This document shows positions 1-11,661 of a stretch of DNA of 64,000 nucleotides, in pieces. Numbering within the stretch: position 1 is the first letter of the stretch; every line of letters begins with the position of its first letter. The notes under the pieces are model-generated. The model was not told the origin of the DNA and did not search any database. It saw only the letters and a list, made by a program, of their open reading frames with translations. The DNA is from Marsupella aquatica (taxonomy: Eukaryota; Plantae; Marchantiophyta): assembly GCA_973895155.1 (NCBI GenBank), contig OZ316893.1, positions 1,240,860 to 1,304,859 on the forward strand, read 5' to 3'. The position numbers and the translations under genes were made by a program.

Positions 1-117
1 TACTCGTTCACCCATGTTTTGACCACTTGGTTTCGGATTGAGGGTTTGCATGCTTGTGTACTGGCACATGAGTATAGATTGGAGTTTTCTCAATGCAGTT
101 ATAACATGGCTGTACAG

Positions 118-3100
118 ATGGAACAAGACGGAACTGTAAAGAGAAAACGTGGGCCCGAAACTGCTGAGAGAAAACTGAAACGGAAGGTAAGGGCATGTGA
201 CACCTTGGTTTCTTTCTATCGCACCCTTGAAGTATTTGTATGGCAATTCAGGTGCTGTTGCTGGAGATCAAGATTCCTATTCAGTTGTTCATTTGATTAT
301 ATTTTTTGGAATCATTGTTCACTGTTTTAGCTGCACACCCTACTCTGTCCGTCTTGTTTCAACAATGTTTAATGACGTGCTTGGGATGTCCGCCAACAGC
401 TATCGCAGACTTTCTGCTAGGTTCATTGAGGTCGGGACTTCTACAATTCAGTACTCTTTATATTGTGCTCCTAGGTGCTGCATTATGGTTTGTACACCTG
501 CTCAGTATCAGTCTATCTGTGGTTGTGTACCAGATTGCCAAGCGAAAGAGAAGGGCTCAGAAAGAAAGAGAACTGGGCATCCGGCGACCACCAAGGATGG
601 TTCAAAGCAAGCCTGTCAAGGTGCTTTGCACACATTATATGAAAGGAAGATGCGCTAAGGTTGGAACCTCTTGATCCTTTCTTTTGCTTCTCCATCAACG
701 ATGTGAATCAATCTTTGCAGTTGACTTTTACTTTTTACTTGGCTTCCAGCTACATGTGCTCTTCCGGTCTATGTTCCTTCGGAGCCAGTAGATTACAGGA
801 CACCATGGCATTCCGTCCTTGGTAACACTCAGATGGACATCATAATGCTATCACTGGGAAATGCTATCACTGGGTAAGTTCCATTCATTCGCACACCATT
901 TCCCAGTATCATCCATTAGCACACCATTTATCCATGACTTAGTATTTGTCATTGGATCGGACCACCAGCAACAGATAACACTGTTTTGCAAGACATATAG
1001 TAACTATTGAACACTGACCTCTAATCTCATACCGCCTTTTCTATGAAGCCTTCCAAATGAGATTCATATTTCGGTATCTTGCATGAAACCCGGATGATTT
1101 CACGAGTAACCATAGTAAATTTCAGCATCGTCAACGTGAGCCTTTTACTTGTGGATTTGCTGGCCCTGTTTCTTTATCCTCATGTATTCTGTACTTGGAT
1201 TCGCGGTCTTAAGCTAGGACTGTGCATCGTTAGAGGGGATGAATAAGGTGGGAGCACCTGTTTCATCCCGCCCGTTTAAAGTTGAAGATCAACTATTTTC
1301 TTCCAAGTCTTTAACACTCTTTGCCATCTTCATCATCCACGTTGATGAAATGGTCAATTGAGCCAGCAGTGACATCCATTAGCACACCTTCAAACGACCA
1401 TCCCTGTGGCAATTTATTTGTTTTGAAATGTTGCGGACAAAGCACTCATCGAGTGGCTTCGGCCCTTACCTTTCGGACTTACATCTAAGTAAAACGAACA
1501 AAACGAGAGCTGTAATGGCTAAAATTGGGTTCTCCATGAATTTTAAGGTTTTATTCATACCTGAGAAGCTGACTTGAGAACTATGTTGGGTAGACTGGTT
1601 TAGCTTTTCTGATGTTTATTCTGACCGCAATACATGCGTGTCTGATGAGCTGAACCCTGGATCTTGTATGCAGGGAGATCAATGTACCTTCTCACATGAT
1701 GCTGTTCCTTTGACCAAACAAGAGGTACTATCTCTTGCGACTGTCTAGACTGGGGCTCATGCCTGAATACTAACTCATTTGTATCACGTACTGTCACTTT
1801 TCAACTGCGTAGGTACTATAGTTGATGTCAAGTTGTTCATGTTTCTATCATTTGAGCTAGGCTATTGTTGGACCAGAACCTGGTAAAGTTTCGGAAATCA
1901 CTTTGCCGGTTCATCCCTGAGTTCTCCTGACGGAAGGTGGTTGGTGTGGTGGATGCAGCCATGCAAATTTTTGATGAGTCATTCTTGTTTGAAAGGAGAT
2001 GACTGTCCTTACTCGCACGATCTTCGATCATTCCCTTGCAAGTTCTTCCATACAAGAGGGTTATGCTATGATGGAGAAAATTGCCAGTTCTCCCACGGGG
2101 TGAGCTCTCCAGCTTTGCAGTCAATCCAGCATTGTAACTAGAACCTGTTAGTGTGCCGAGAAGGAAACAAATGCAAAATGGAAATGGAGATGGAGATGAA
2201 ATGATGACGATTGAACTGACAGAATGCTATACGTGAAAACTCATCTAAGAAAAGAGCATGGGGAAATAGTACTCCTTCTAGTGATGAGTGCTTAGAATGG
2301 TGAACATGGAGTAAAACAGGTTGTCTTTTATCCTTTTCCTAGCCAATTTAATGATCTCGAACTGTCGTGTCCATAAACAGGCTATCTCTGAAGAGGCATT
2401 GGCGAAGTTGAAGCAGCGAGTTGAAAAGGAAAAGAAGGAAAGGTTAAGCAGCACTTCTGCCCTTGATATTCCAACGCCATCTTTCTCAACTCCCTTGCCG
2501 CCCGACCTGGATCCGGACCCTTTGGGCTGGGGCACCCCAAGCTTGTACCCCAGTCATGAAGCCCCAAGCTTGTACCCCAGTCACGAAGACCAGATGCAGT
2601 ACACAAATCCCACAATTTTGGACCAGTCAACTCGTTTGTACGGGGACACAAACCTTGAGAACCATCCTAGTGCTCCGCCTGCAAAGGGCATGATGCCGCC
2701 TTGTCAATCAATTGGGTTCTCAACATCAACTGACAGGAAAGATACCGAATTTGATCCTGTTCGCCCACAGCGGGTCGGGGAGGCAGCAGAGTATAACACT
2801 AAACAGTTTATCGACACTAAAGCTATACAATCAGAGATGTCGATCGGAAGTGAAGGTGAGTCGTCATTGCCAATGGCAACAGAGGATCCGTCCCCTTCAC
2901 CAATACCCAAATTTTCCAAAGCTCCACTTTCTCCATCGTCTGCAAATGAAACAGGCAATGCCAAGGAGGTCTTAGGAGGGGCACCATTAACCAGTTCCAA
3001 GGAATCAGTCCCCCAGAATGCGCTTTCTGGTCTTCCCTCTTTGGTATTACCACGGTTGGCGAAGACTGTGGTGCCAATTCTGAGGGGAAGGCAGCTCGGT

Positions 3101-3205
3101 AGTTTAGTGTTAGAGCATGAGAAAGTCCTACAATCTCCTTTACAGACCGAGCCTAAAAAGCAACATACAGTGGACTCTCTCCTAAATGAGGCTTTGAGAC
3201 AATAG
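118..3205 (+). CDS. CCCH zinc-finger protein with 3 tandem C3H fingers and a low-complexity C-terminus; exons 118-186, 534-659, 1674-1724, 1959-2099, 2381-3205; probably 5'-incomplete (an AG acceptor precedes 118)
   Basis: GT-AG joins keep frame and give CTHYMKGRCAKGDQCTFSH, CKFLMSHSCLKGDDCPYSH and CKFFHTRGLCYDGENCQFSH after a basic KRK-rich segment; stop at 3205. Confidence 0.9.
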
Positions 3206-3719
3206 GTCAGAAAGCTGTAGATGTAGATACCAATTTTTTCACTAGCATAATTAAGTCCTGGTCTGAACTGTGTACTCAAGCGTATCACTTATACCATTTT
3301 TGCCCATCATTACAAGGAACGGTAAATACCTTGTTTTCCAACATTCAAGGAAAGCAGGTCTACCTTTTAAGAACTCTGTCTCAACATAGAATTAGGATCC
3401 CGGTTAAATGTTGTTCTTATATTTTTGAAAAGTCGAATAATCAACTCAAATGTGGGATTCCTCTAAACTTGTATCACGGAACATGGAGAGTTGGTGAATT
3501 AGTCTACAACAGAAAAACATTAGAATGATGGAAAATCTTGAAAATTTGTATCTGGTTTGGCAGGATGGTATCTGGGGATGGTATGTCCATTAAGCACCGT
3601 TGCGACATGAAACGGAGAAATGCAGAATGAGCAACTTTGGAAAGCTCTGTATTAATGTCCTGTTACGAAAGCCTTTTTACCTAGAAGCCTTCCTAGTAGT
3701 TTCATTGAAATAGTGTTAA

Positions 3720-4432
3720 CAGCGTTTTACTAACCTATCCCCCAAACTTACCTGAATTATCAATCTGTCCCCCAAACTATTTTAATTCCTAAGTCAACCC
3801 CCTTTTCAAATATGGGTTACCCTAATGCTTGTACTTAACTTGAGGTCGTTCTGCTTGGTCGCCTGCCATGTGACAAGGCACTATTGTCCACACCCAACCC
3901 CGGCCACTTCTACTCTAATCAGGGGGTTTCATTTACCTCCTACCCCGCCGGCCGAGGGGTAACCCAAAAGTATGGAGCAAGCCAGTTCTCTTTTATTTAA
4001 GATGAGGTTCTGCACCGGTTACAGGCTGACTCACTCACTTTATGACAATTTGGGGAGTACCAGGCCTGAAAAGGGATGGAAGGGGTGGCCCTATCATGAG
4101 GCCTGCCTTTGTGTGTAAGTTCTGGCGCAAAGGTAGCTGGGTCATGGCTGCCTTAGTGCAACGCCAGGGAGCCAGCCCAGTACTCCCTAAATCGTAAAAA
4201 TGGGAATGAGTCAGTCCAGGTTAGGGTAGAACCAGGGTTCCGCGTGGCAAATAGCACCTTGCCATGTGGCAGGTGGCCAATGCAGAACTACCTCAGGTTA
4301 AGTAGAGGAGTAGGTTAAGTATATCCTATGTCCCCCGATATTTGAAAAGGGGGTCAATTTAGGAATTAAAAACAGTTTGGGGGACAGGTTGATAATTACG
4401 GTCAGTTTGGGGGATAGGTTAGTAAAAAGCTG
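3720..4432. mobile_element. Non-autonomous foldback/MITE DNA transposon with long TIRs, flanked by TTAA
   Basis: Left end CAGCGTTTTACTAACCTATCCCCCAAACT pairs with right end AGTTTGGGGGATAGGTTAGTAAAAAGCTG; imperfect inverted homology extends ~190 bp; TTAA at 3716-3719 and 4433-4436; no ORF. Confidence 0.85.
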
Positions 4433-5139
4433 TTAAATGCTAATAGCCACTCAACGTTAAACTTGAGCTAAAAACCCTCATTTTCTAGGACAATGCCCCT
4501 TAAACAGACTTTAGTAGTGTGGCATCTCAAAGCTAGGCAATATCAGGATCATGTCTTTGTATTACTCAGGAGGTATGGGAATTCTCAAAAGAGTTGTGGG
4601 ATCTTTACTATATTGCGAGGAAAGCCTGCGGCTCAACACTTCACCAATAACCTGAACAACCAATCCATAACTGTGAATGCAAATTTTTAAAAAAAAATTG
4701 GAAATATGGAAATCTGAAAACTTGTGAGTGAAGGCACTCGGGTTGGCCCTGGTGTAGTGATGGTAGCTGTATATAGGGTGATGACTGACCGAGAGTGAAA
4801 GAGAAAGGATGTATGTTATGAGTTTGAGACGAGGCCCCTAACGCAGTGATGGTTACTGTATTTATGGTGACGGCTGATAGAGAATGACAGAAAGGATATA
4901 TGATATAAAACTGAGATGAGGCCGTAGCCCCTGCTTTACAGGATGAGTAATTGCTATTTTTTGCAATTTCAAAAATCTTTAAGCAGGTCCCATATATAAC
5001 CAGGGTAATTTTGTGGAATGGATCACAAATCCATGCATGAATTACAGGCGACTCAATGCCATTTCCCCCCACTTTAGAAAGAAATTAATTGGGTCCCATA
5101 ACCAGAGTTACACCATGGACCATGAATCAGTGGCTGATT

Positions 5140-5595
5140 GAATGATGTCTCCCTTCAGTTTTAGAATCTTAAATGGATCCCATAATCAGAGTGATGTTTC
5201 CTTCAGTTTTAGAATCTTAAATGGATCCCATAATCAGAGTGATGTTTCCCTTCAGTTTTAGAATCTTAAATGGATCCCATAATCAGAGTGATGTTTCCCT
5301 TCAGTTTTAGAATCTTAAATGGATCCCATAATCAGAGTGATGTTTCCCTTCATTTTTAAAAGGATCTCAGAATCAGAGTTACTAGATGCATAGGATGGAC
5401 CACACATCTGTGTCTCATTTAAATGACGTTTCCCTTCATTTTTAAATCTCTAATTCTGTCCCATAATCAGAGTTATAAGATGTACCTTTCAGAATCTTTG
5501 ACTCTGTCCCATATTGACCACAAGGCCGCCCCTCATTGAGTGATGTTTCCTTCAAATTTTAAAACCCTTAACTCTGTCCCATAATCAGAGTTACG
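5140..5595. repeat. 49-bp minisatellite (about 4 near-perfect copies plus degenerate ones)
   Basis: Unit GATGTTTCCCTTCAGTTTTAGAATCTTAAATGGATCCCATAATCAGAGT recurs, e.g. at 5241, 5290 and 5339. Confidence 0.9.
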
Positions 5596-5907
5596 AGCCT
5601 GAAATCCTGAATTGCACATTCTTCAAATGTAAATAAAAACCACCACAAAAGACATATATGATCATCATTTGACATTCTTCATTCATTACATACTCATGGT
5701 GGGGCTCTAGAGTAGCTCTCTAGAGACTTAATTCTAAAAGCCTAGACCCCAACTCTAGCTTGAAATTTCACTCTAAAAATCTAGACTCCAACTCTAATTT
5801 CTGTTTACGCTTTACAAGTAAGATGAGATGTATTTCATTCATAAAATTTTCATTCTAAAAGCCTACACTAGACCCCAACTTGAGTTGATACTTCAATCTA
5901 CAAGCCC

Positions 5908-6886
5908 CCTTTCGTATGAGCTCCTTCCTCTTTACCGCCTTAGGTTGGGACTTCCTCACCCTTGCCTCCTTGGCCAACCCACGTGTGTTTGTGGGGCGTC
6001 GTTGGATTCGTTGGGAGTTCATATTCTCAGGTGTGGCCATGGGAGTGAGAGTACTACCATACATGATGATATTCGGGATGTGGTGGTTGTCATTGCCCGG
6101 GACTCTGGTTACCTTGTTGCCATGGAGCAACGACATGTCCTCCCCCCTCGGGATTGTCTTCCTGACTGGCGACGAGCGGATCTGGTCGTTTCTAGGGTTG
6201 GGGTTCGTGCTCTTGGGGATGTGGTGGTTGCTGACCCTACCGGGGGTAGCCATGTTGCGGTTGTCGCCCATGTGCCTGGCCGTGCAACTGCCAAGGCGGC
6301 CAGGCTCAAGGAGGGGGCCTATGCAGTTCACTACCCGGGGGATCTTTTTTACCCCTTTGTCCTTCAAGTTTTTGGTGTTCTCCACCCTACCTTTGACCAG
6401 TTCCTGCGGGCCTATGCTGTTTATTGTATTGAGAGGAGGCCTTTCCCCCATGTTTTGTTCTCACCGTCTTTTTTCGGCAGCTGGTGTCTATGGCTCTTCA
6501 ACGGGCCCAGGCTTTCACGTTACTTCGTAGGGCTGAGGCAATTGGTTTTCCTTGAAATTGTATTTTTTTTTTGTTTATAAGGGCCATGAAAACCCCATGG
6601 CAAAGGCTGTTGGTTTTAGGGCCTCCCGTCAGGTTCCGCTTTGGGACCTCTTTTGCTATTTACTCTGGAGCTCTACCAGGCTTTTTCTGTTCTCCACTAA
6701 GCAGGGTATTAGCTTTCACAGGTCCTTTCTAGGTTACTTTGCGTAGGTTTTTTGGGTTAGGGACCCCTTGGGGTGTTTTTTCTTGGGACCCTTTCCTCTC
6801 TTTTACTCCCCTTCATTGGGTTGCTTTGCCTTTGGGATCTTGTCTCCAGGTTTGGCGATTTTGCCTCAGGGCACTGTGTTATATAT
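5908..6886 (+). mobile_element. 5'-truncated CRE-like non-LTR retrotransposon: C-terminal zinc knuckle, restriction-like endonuclease and 3' UTR
   Basis: ORF 5828-6580 contains LRLGLP..CVCG..LD..GVHILRC..TIHDDIRD..RRADLV..DVVVADP..AARLKEGAY..FYPFVLQVFG, the CCHC plus PD-(D/E)xK layout of RLE-bearing elements; T-rich tail ends gtgttatatat; flanks tctacaagcc/tctagaagcc may be a degraded TSD. Confidence 0.75.
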
Positions 6887-8363
6887 CTAGAAGCCTAAAC
6901 CCACTCTGGCATGTAAGATGAGATGTACTTTCATTTATTGGCTGAACTTAAAGTTAAGCTTTGTGGTGGGAGCCCAAAATGGCTCCAAACTTTTTTTCTG
7001 CGCATATGTTTTCTCCACATACGTTTTCTCCACATATGCTTTCTCCACATATGTATAGAAGCACAGAAATATACTTTAGTCACAATATACTCATTCTAAC
7101 ACTCTTTAGTTTGTATGGAGTACTCAAGATCAAGATAAATTGGAGTACACGGAGTATATTGTATTCAACACAAATGAAAGTACATTAAATGCTCCCCCTC
7201 AGTGTACGTGTGTACTTGATTCTCTCATCACTTAATGTCTTTGTCTTTTAGTTATCAGAATTTCTTAATGCTTTTATATATTTCCCTTTGGAACCAAAGT
7301 CACCTTGAAAAGGTACGACTCTTAAAGGGGCTTCCTTTTTGTTTTTGGGTGAAATTGGTCACTTCGAAAAGATTTTTAAAGGGGGTTTTTTTTTAAAGAA
7401 AAAACGATGAGTAAGGAGCATGCCCTATGGTTGATCTCATTATTTTATTTTCTTTGAGAATTAAAACAGATAGAGAATCAAGGGTATTTTAAAGAATGGG
7501 AAAATCAAAAAGACAAAAAGAGACATTTTTATTTTTTGGCCCGGATGGAGGATTACTTTAAGGGGAGAAATAATAAGGGTTTAAAGAATTTATTCTTTAA
7601 TTGCTGAGAGGTTTAAGGGTATTTAAGGGAGAGATTTTCAAAATAGTCTTTGTTTATATTTTTTTCTTGCTAGAGGGGGCAGACACTAGTTGAGTGTATC
7701 GAACAAGCTAACCCCTATTCTATCTTAGAAGTGGGGAGCGATGAATGGTTTAAGGGTCTTTTAAGGGGAGGAACAATAAAGACAAAGAATGGAGAGATTT
7801 CAGGTTTTATAAATCTTTCCTTTTTCTTGCAAGAGGGGGGTCAACATCAAAACAAAAAATGTGTTTTTATTCCTTTTGTGTACTTCTCACTCATTTTTCA
7901 ACATAGATATAGATTTTTATTTGAGTAATTCTAGAAGAATGGGTGGGTGTGCTTTTAATTAGGTTAGGTATGACATTAATTAGGAACTTAGAGATGATTA
8001 GCATAAAAGGGAGAGTCTCTGGTTCTCCTCATTCTCTTCTCCTCTCATTGCTTATTCTTTTGCTTTTTTTTGGCCAAAGCGACCTCATAGGCATTGGCGC
8101 CATAAGCGTTGCTTGCAACCTACCATTTGCCTAGGTGGTCGTGGAGGGATGTGCTCGATCATTAGGGTTGTTCATAGGTAGTTTTCTATCATATTCTCTT
8201 GGACTAGTGCGAGTTTGCTCTAGCAGGTGGTAGCAATGACCTAGTCATTTGCTACAGACCTGCCTATAGTCACTTAATCTAGTACATTTGGCCCGACATT
8301 TGGATGCAACTCTTTTTTGTTGGAGATATACTTTGGCTTTGTGTTGTCATCGATGGAGTGTTC

Positions 8364-8503
8364 TCGATGCATACAATGCTTGTTGCTTGAGAAACATTTT
8401 GCCTACGAGCTTGTTCATCCTTTAGATGCTGGTCGATGCATACAATGCTTGTTGCTTGAGAAATATTTTGCCGACGAGCGTGTTCATCCTTCAGATGCTG
8501 GTT
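8364..8503. repeat. 69-bp tandem duplication
   Basis: tcgatgcatacaatgcttgttgcttgagaaa... at 8364 and 8433. Confidence 0.85.
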
Positions 8504-9616
8504 TGTATATACATCAACGAAAGGTTGACGATGAGAGGAGAAAAAGATTAAATTCTTTATGATTTATTTCAGATTAGGTGGTGGACAATTTAGGGTAATT
8601 TTAGGTTAGTCTTTTAGATACATTTAGGTTTTGATACATTTTTTTCTCTTATTGAATAAAAATTGCATGTATGAATTCTATTTCAAACTTATATTATTTT
8701 GAGGTATCATATTATAATGAATTATCTTTTCCTTGTATTTATTAATTTTTCTCAAATTTAAATGCAACCCCAACTTATCATGTTTTTGTACTATTGCGAG
8801 TCAAATTTGGGTCAAAGCATTTCAGGACCCGAGTTTTGAATCTGAGACCTCCCCTTCACGAGAGTGATCACTATACTAATGAAACATTCATGTATTGGTG
8901 ACAATAACTAATCAGTCACAAATTATAAAAAGTAGTTCAGCTTTTGTGACCAAACCCCTTTGGTCACGGGCATTTTTCATAAAATCATAAATGGGTAACT
9001 TTCAACTCCTTGAGCATTGAGACTCCCCAATGTATCCAGGGGGGACTTGGTTACGGGGTTTATTAGGGGCTTTAGGAGTGGACGGACCTACACAGAACTT
9101 TCGATACCTCATATCTGGTTCAGGGACTTTGCGCATTAACGAAGCTACACAGACTTTCGAGGTGACAGAATCACTCAGTGCTGTGGATGATGAAGCTCCA
9201 CTCGAAGTTTCGAGCTGACAGAATCACATTTTGCCAAGTTTGTGTCGAAGCGCAGGGGCAATCTGGCCGGGAGGTGGCGGGCCAGGTAGAACTGCATTAC
9301 GTGCGTATCCCATCGCAATGAATAGTGTGTGCGCGAGGTCCTTCCCCACCTCGTCCTTTCACACCTCGACCACAAAAGCACATGACGAAGAGATATTTTT
9401 TTGATGCCAGGGCTCCCTGTTTGATCCACTAAAGCGCGATCATGGCGAGAATCTCGTCCTCGCCCAGGTCGGTGTAGTGGGCAGCATTGACCTCGAATCG
9501 GCAGTTGTTGCAAAGTATCATTATTTCGATTGAGGAGGAGCCGAGACGATGACCGAGCAGGAAAATTGCAACGCGTTGCTGTACGAGAGACAAAGAGAGA
9601 GAGAGAAAGATGAGGT

Positions 9617-9623
9617 TATAAAT
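9617..9623 (+). promoter_or_regulatory. Putative TATA box of the SDR gene
   Basis: TATAAAT 150 bp upstream of ATG 9767, just after a GA-rich tract; the ATG context aaaacaATGG is favourable. Confidence 0.5.
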
Positions 9624-9766
9624 CAGAGAACATGCAGAAGAGCGCAAGAAGGATTTTGCTAAGTTATGGTATTCCTGCTTTACGCCACCGACGGGAGTTC
9701 TCGGTCCGGGGATCCATAGCAGACAACAATCAAAGGTCGTTTACAGCTCGAGTGCATAAGAAAACA

Positions 9767-11661
9767 ATGGTTTCCCTCACCGACGTCGAGTCATCAAATT
9801 CTCGCATCGCCTCCACTCTTCCTCCGGGTCTCGTCGCCATCTTCGTTGGTGCCACTAGTGGGATTGGCGAAACGACGCTAAAGCAGTTCGCCAAGCATGC
9901 CCGCCAACCGCGTGTGTATTTTCTCGGCCGCTCGCAGGAAGCCGCAGATCGCATCACGGCTGAATGCAAGGCGCTGAATGCTGAGGGCGAGTACATCTTC
10001 GTCAAGGCAGATACCAGCCTGATCCGCAATGTGGATGATATCTGCCGCGACATCAAGAGCAAAGAGGAGTCGGTCAATATTCTGTTCCTCAGCATGGGAA
10101 CGCTGATCGCCAATGTTGGTATGTCCGCTATTCTCCCCAAACACACGAACAAACGATACTTCTAGAGAAACTGCACGGGAGTATGTAGCGTTAACATGTG
10201 CTCCGTCAAATTTCATCTCTACGCCAGCTTTGCCGAAGTTGTGCCGAGGTCATGGTAGGCAAATTTAATGAACTCGATTGCAGGGTCATCGCACTCCCCT
10301 CATGTTGATCTCCTAGTAAGCTTCGTTTTCCATCTGCCCTAATTCTCACCTTTCAAGGAGCTGCATTATCGAGCTCTTTTCGATTTAATTCTTCATCATC
10401 TCTATCCCAGTTTTGCCCAAGTTGTGACAAGGTCAAGGAAGGCAAATTTACTGAAATTGAAGATTGCAGTGTTCATTTCACTCGCTTCGTGTTAATCTCT
10501 AGTGAGCTTCGATTGCCCTCTGTCCTTATTCTCGTCTTTCAAGGAGCTCCATTCTCGAGCTCTTCTCTATTTAATTCTTCATCCTCTCTACACCAGCAGT
10601 TGTGATGATGTCAAAGAAGGCAAATTTACTGAAATCGATTCAGTGTTCATTTCACTCCCCTCATGTTGATCTCCTAGTAAGCTTCTCTCGCCCAATTCTC
10701 ACCTTTCACGGAGCTGCTATCTTGAGCTTTTCTCGATTTAATTCTTCAGCGAGTCTCCCTTCTAGTTAGAAATTCAAAAGAGCTGTTAGTCCTAAATTAG
10801 ACACTGACAACGAACTCCTTTGTATATGGCTTGATTCACACAGCGAACGATTCACCAGCCCGTGACCAAAGCTCTGTGATGACAATAGCCGGGCCCTCGA
10901 CCACACATTGCAATATCCGAACCTCATTAGTTTGTCTTCACTTTGCAATATCCGAACTTCATTAATTTGTCTTCACATTGCTTGCGGATGCAGAGACGGC
11001 AGAAGGCCTGCATTACCCCTCGGCCCTAGCTATACACTGTCGCACTCGATTCATCGTCAATCTCCTGCCACTCCTCCAAAAGGCAACTACCCTTCGCCGG
11101 GTCGTCAGCGTACTCTCGGCGACAAATGAGGGCCCGATCAACGAGACCGACTTACAGGCTCGGAAGGTTCGTGTGCTCGCAGCGAGAGGTCATGGCGCCT
11201 CGATGGTCACCTTGTCTCTCGAAAAGCTCGCCGAGAGAGCACCAGACGTTTCCTTCGTCCATAACTTCCCCGGGGCAGTGAAGACGGGGATTGAGCGAGG
11301 AACCAAGGGAGCGATGATGGCTGTGGTGAAGGTGCTCTTGAAGGTCATAGGGCCTTTGATCTACGTCCCGCTTTTGGAGGTTGGCGAGCGGCACGTCTTT
11401 CTTGCAACGAGCGCGAGGTACCCAGCGAGCTCGGGTGGGGATGGAGCTGCTGGGGTGCCATTGGCAGGGGGAGTGGCTGTTGCACGAGGCACCACCGGCA
11501 AGATTGGAAGCGGAGTGTACTCCGTGGACGCGAAGGGAGAGAGCGCAGGGCCGAAGGTCGAGGAGCTTCTGGCCCAGTTCAGGAAGGACGGGATGCGGGA
11601 GAAGGTGTGGACACACATTCAAGACGAGTTTAAGCGGATCACTGGAGTGGAATCTATGTAG
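9767..11661 (+). CDS. Short-chain dehydrogenase/reductase of fungal (ascomycete andH/lepF-like) type, 339 aa; exons 9767-10118 and 10994-11661
   Basis: Phase-1 intron GTATGT...TGCAG joins the two ORFs into 1020 nt without stops; Rossmann motif VAIFVGATSGIG, plus KADTSLIRNVD, ETAEGLH, RFIVNLLPLL, SFVHNFPGAVKT, GERHVFLATSARYP and GSGVYSVD. Confidence 0.9.
10214..10748. repeat. Three diverged ~180-bp tandem repeats inside the SDR intron
   Basis: aggcaaattta.tgaa, ctagtaagcttc, ctttcaaggagct and tttaattcttca recur three times at ~180-bp spacing. Confidence 0.85.

Noticed and set aside
5140-5595. CRISPR-like appearance of regular repeats (also 11659-12335, 23430-23800 and 34660-35135)
   Set aside because: Units are head-to-tail with no unique spacers, there are no cas genes, and the context is eukaryotic; these are minisatellites
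7250-8350. AT-rich block with repeated ttaaggggag motifs, possibly retroelement-derived
   Set aside because: No termini, TSD or coding remnant could be identified, so no call is supported
9632-9766. Upstream in-frame ATG extending the SDR N-terminus
   Set aside because: It lies only ~10 bp after the TATA box, so probably upstream of the TSS; the family-typical start is MVSL at 9767
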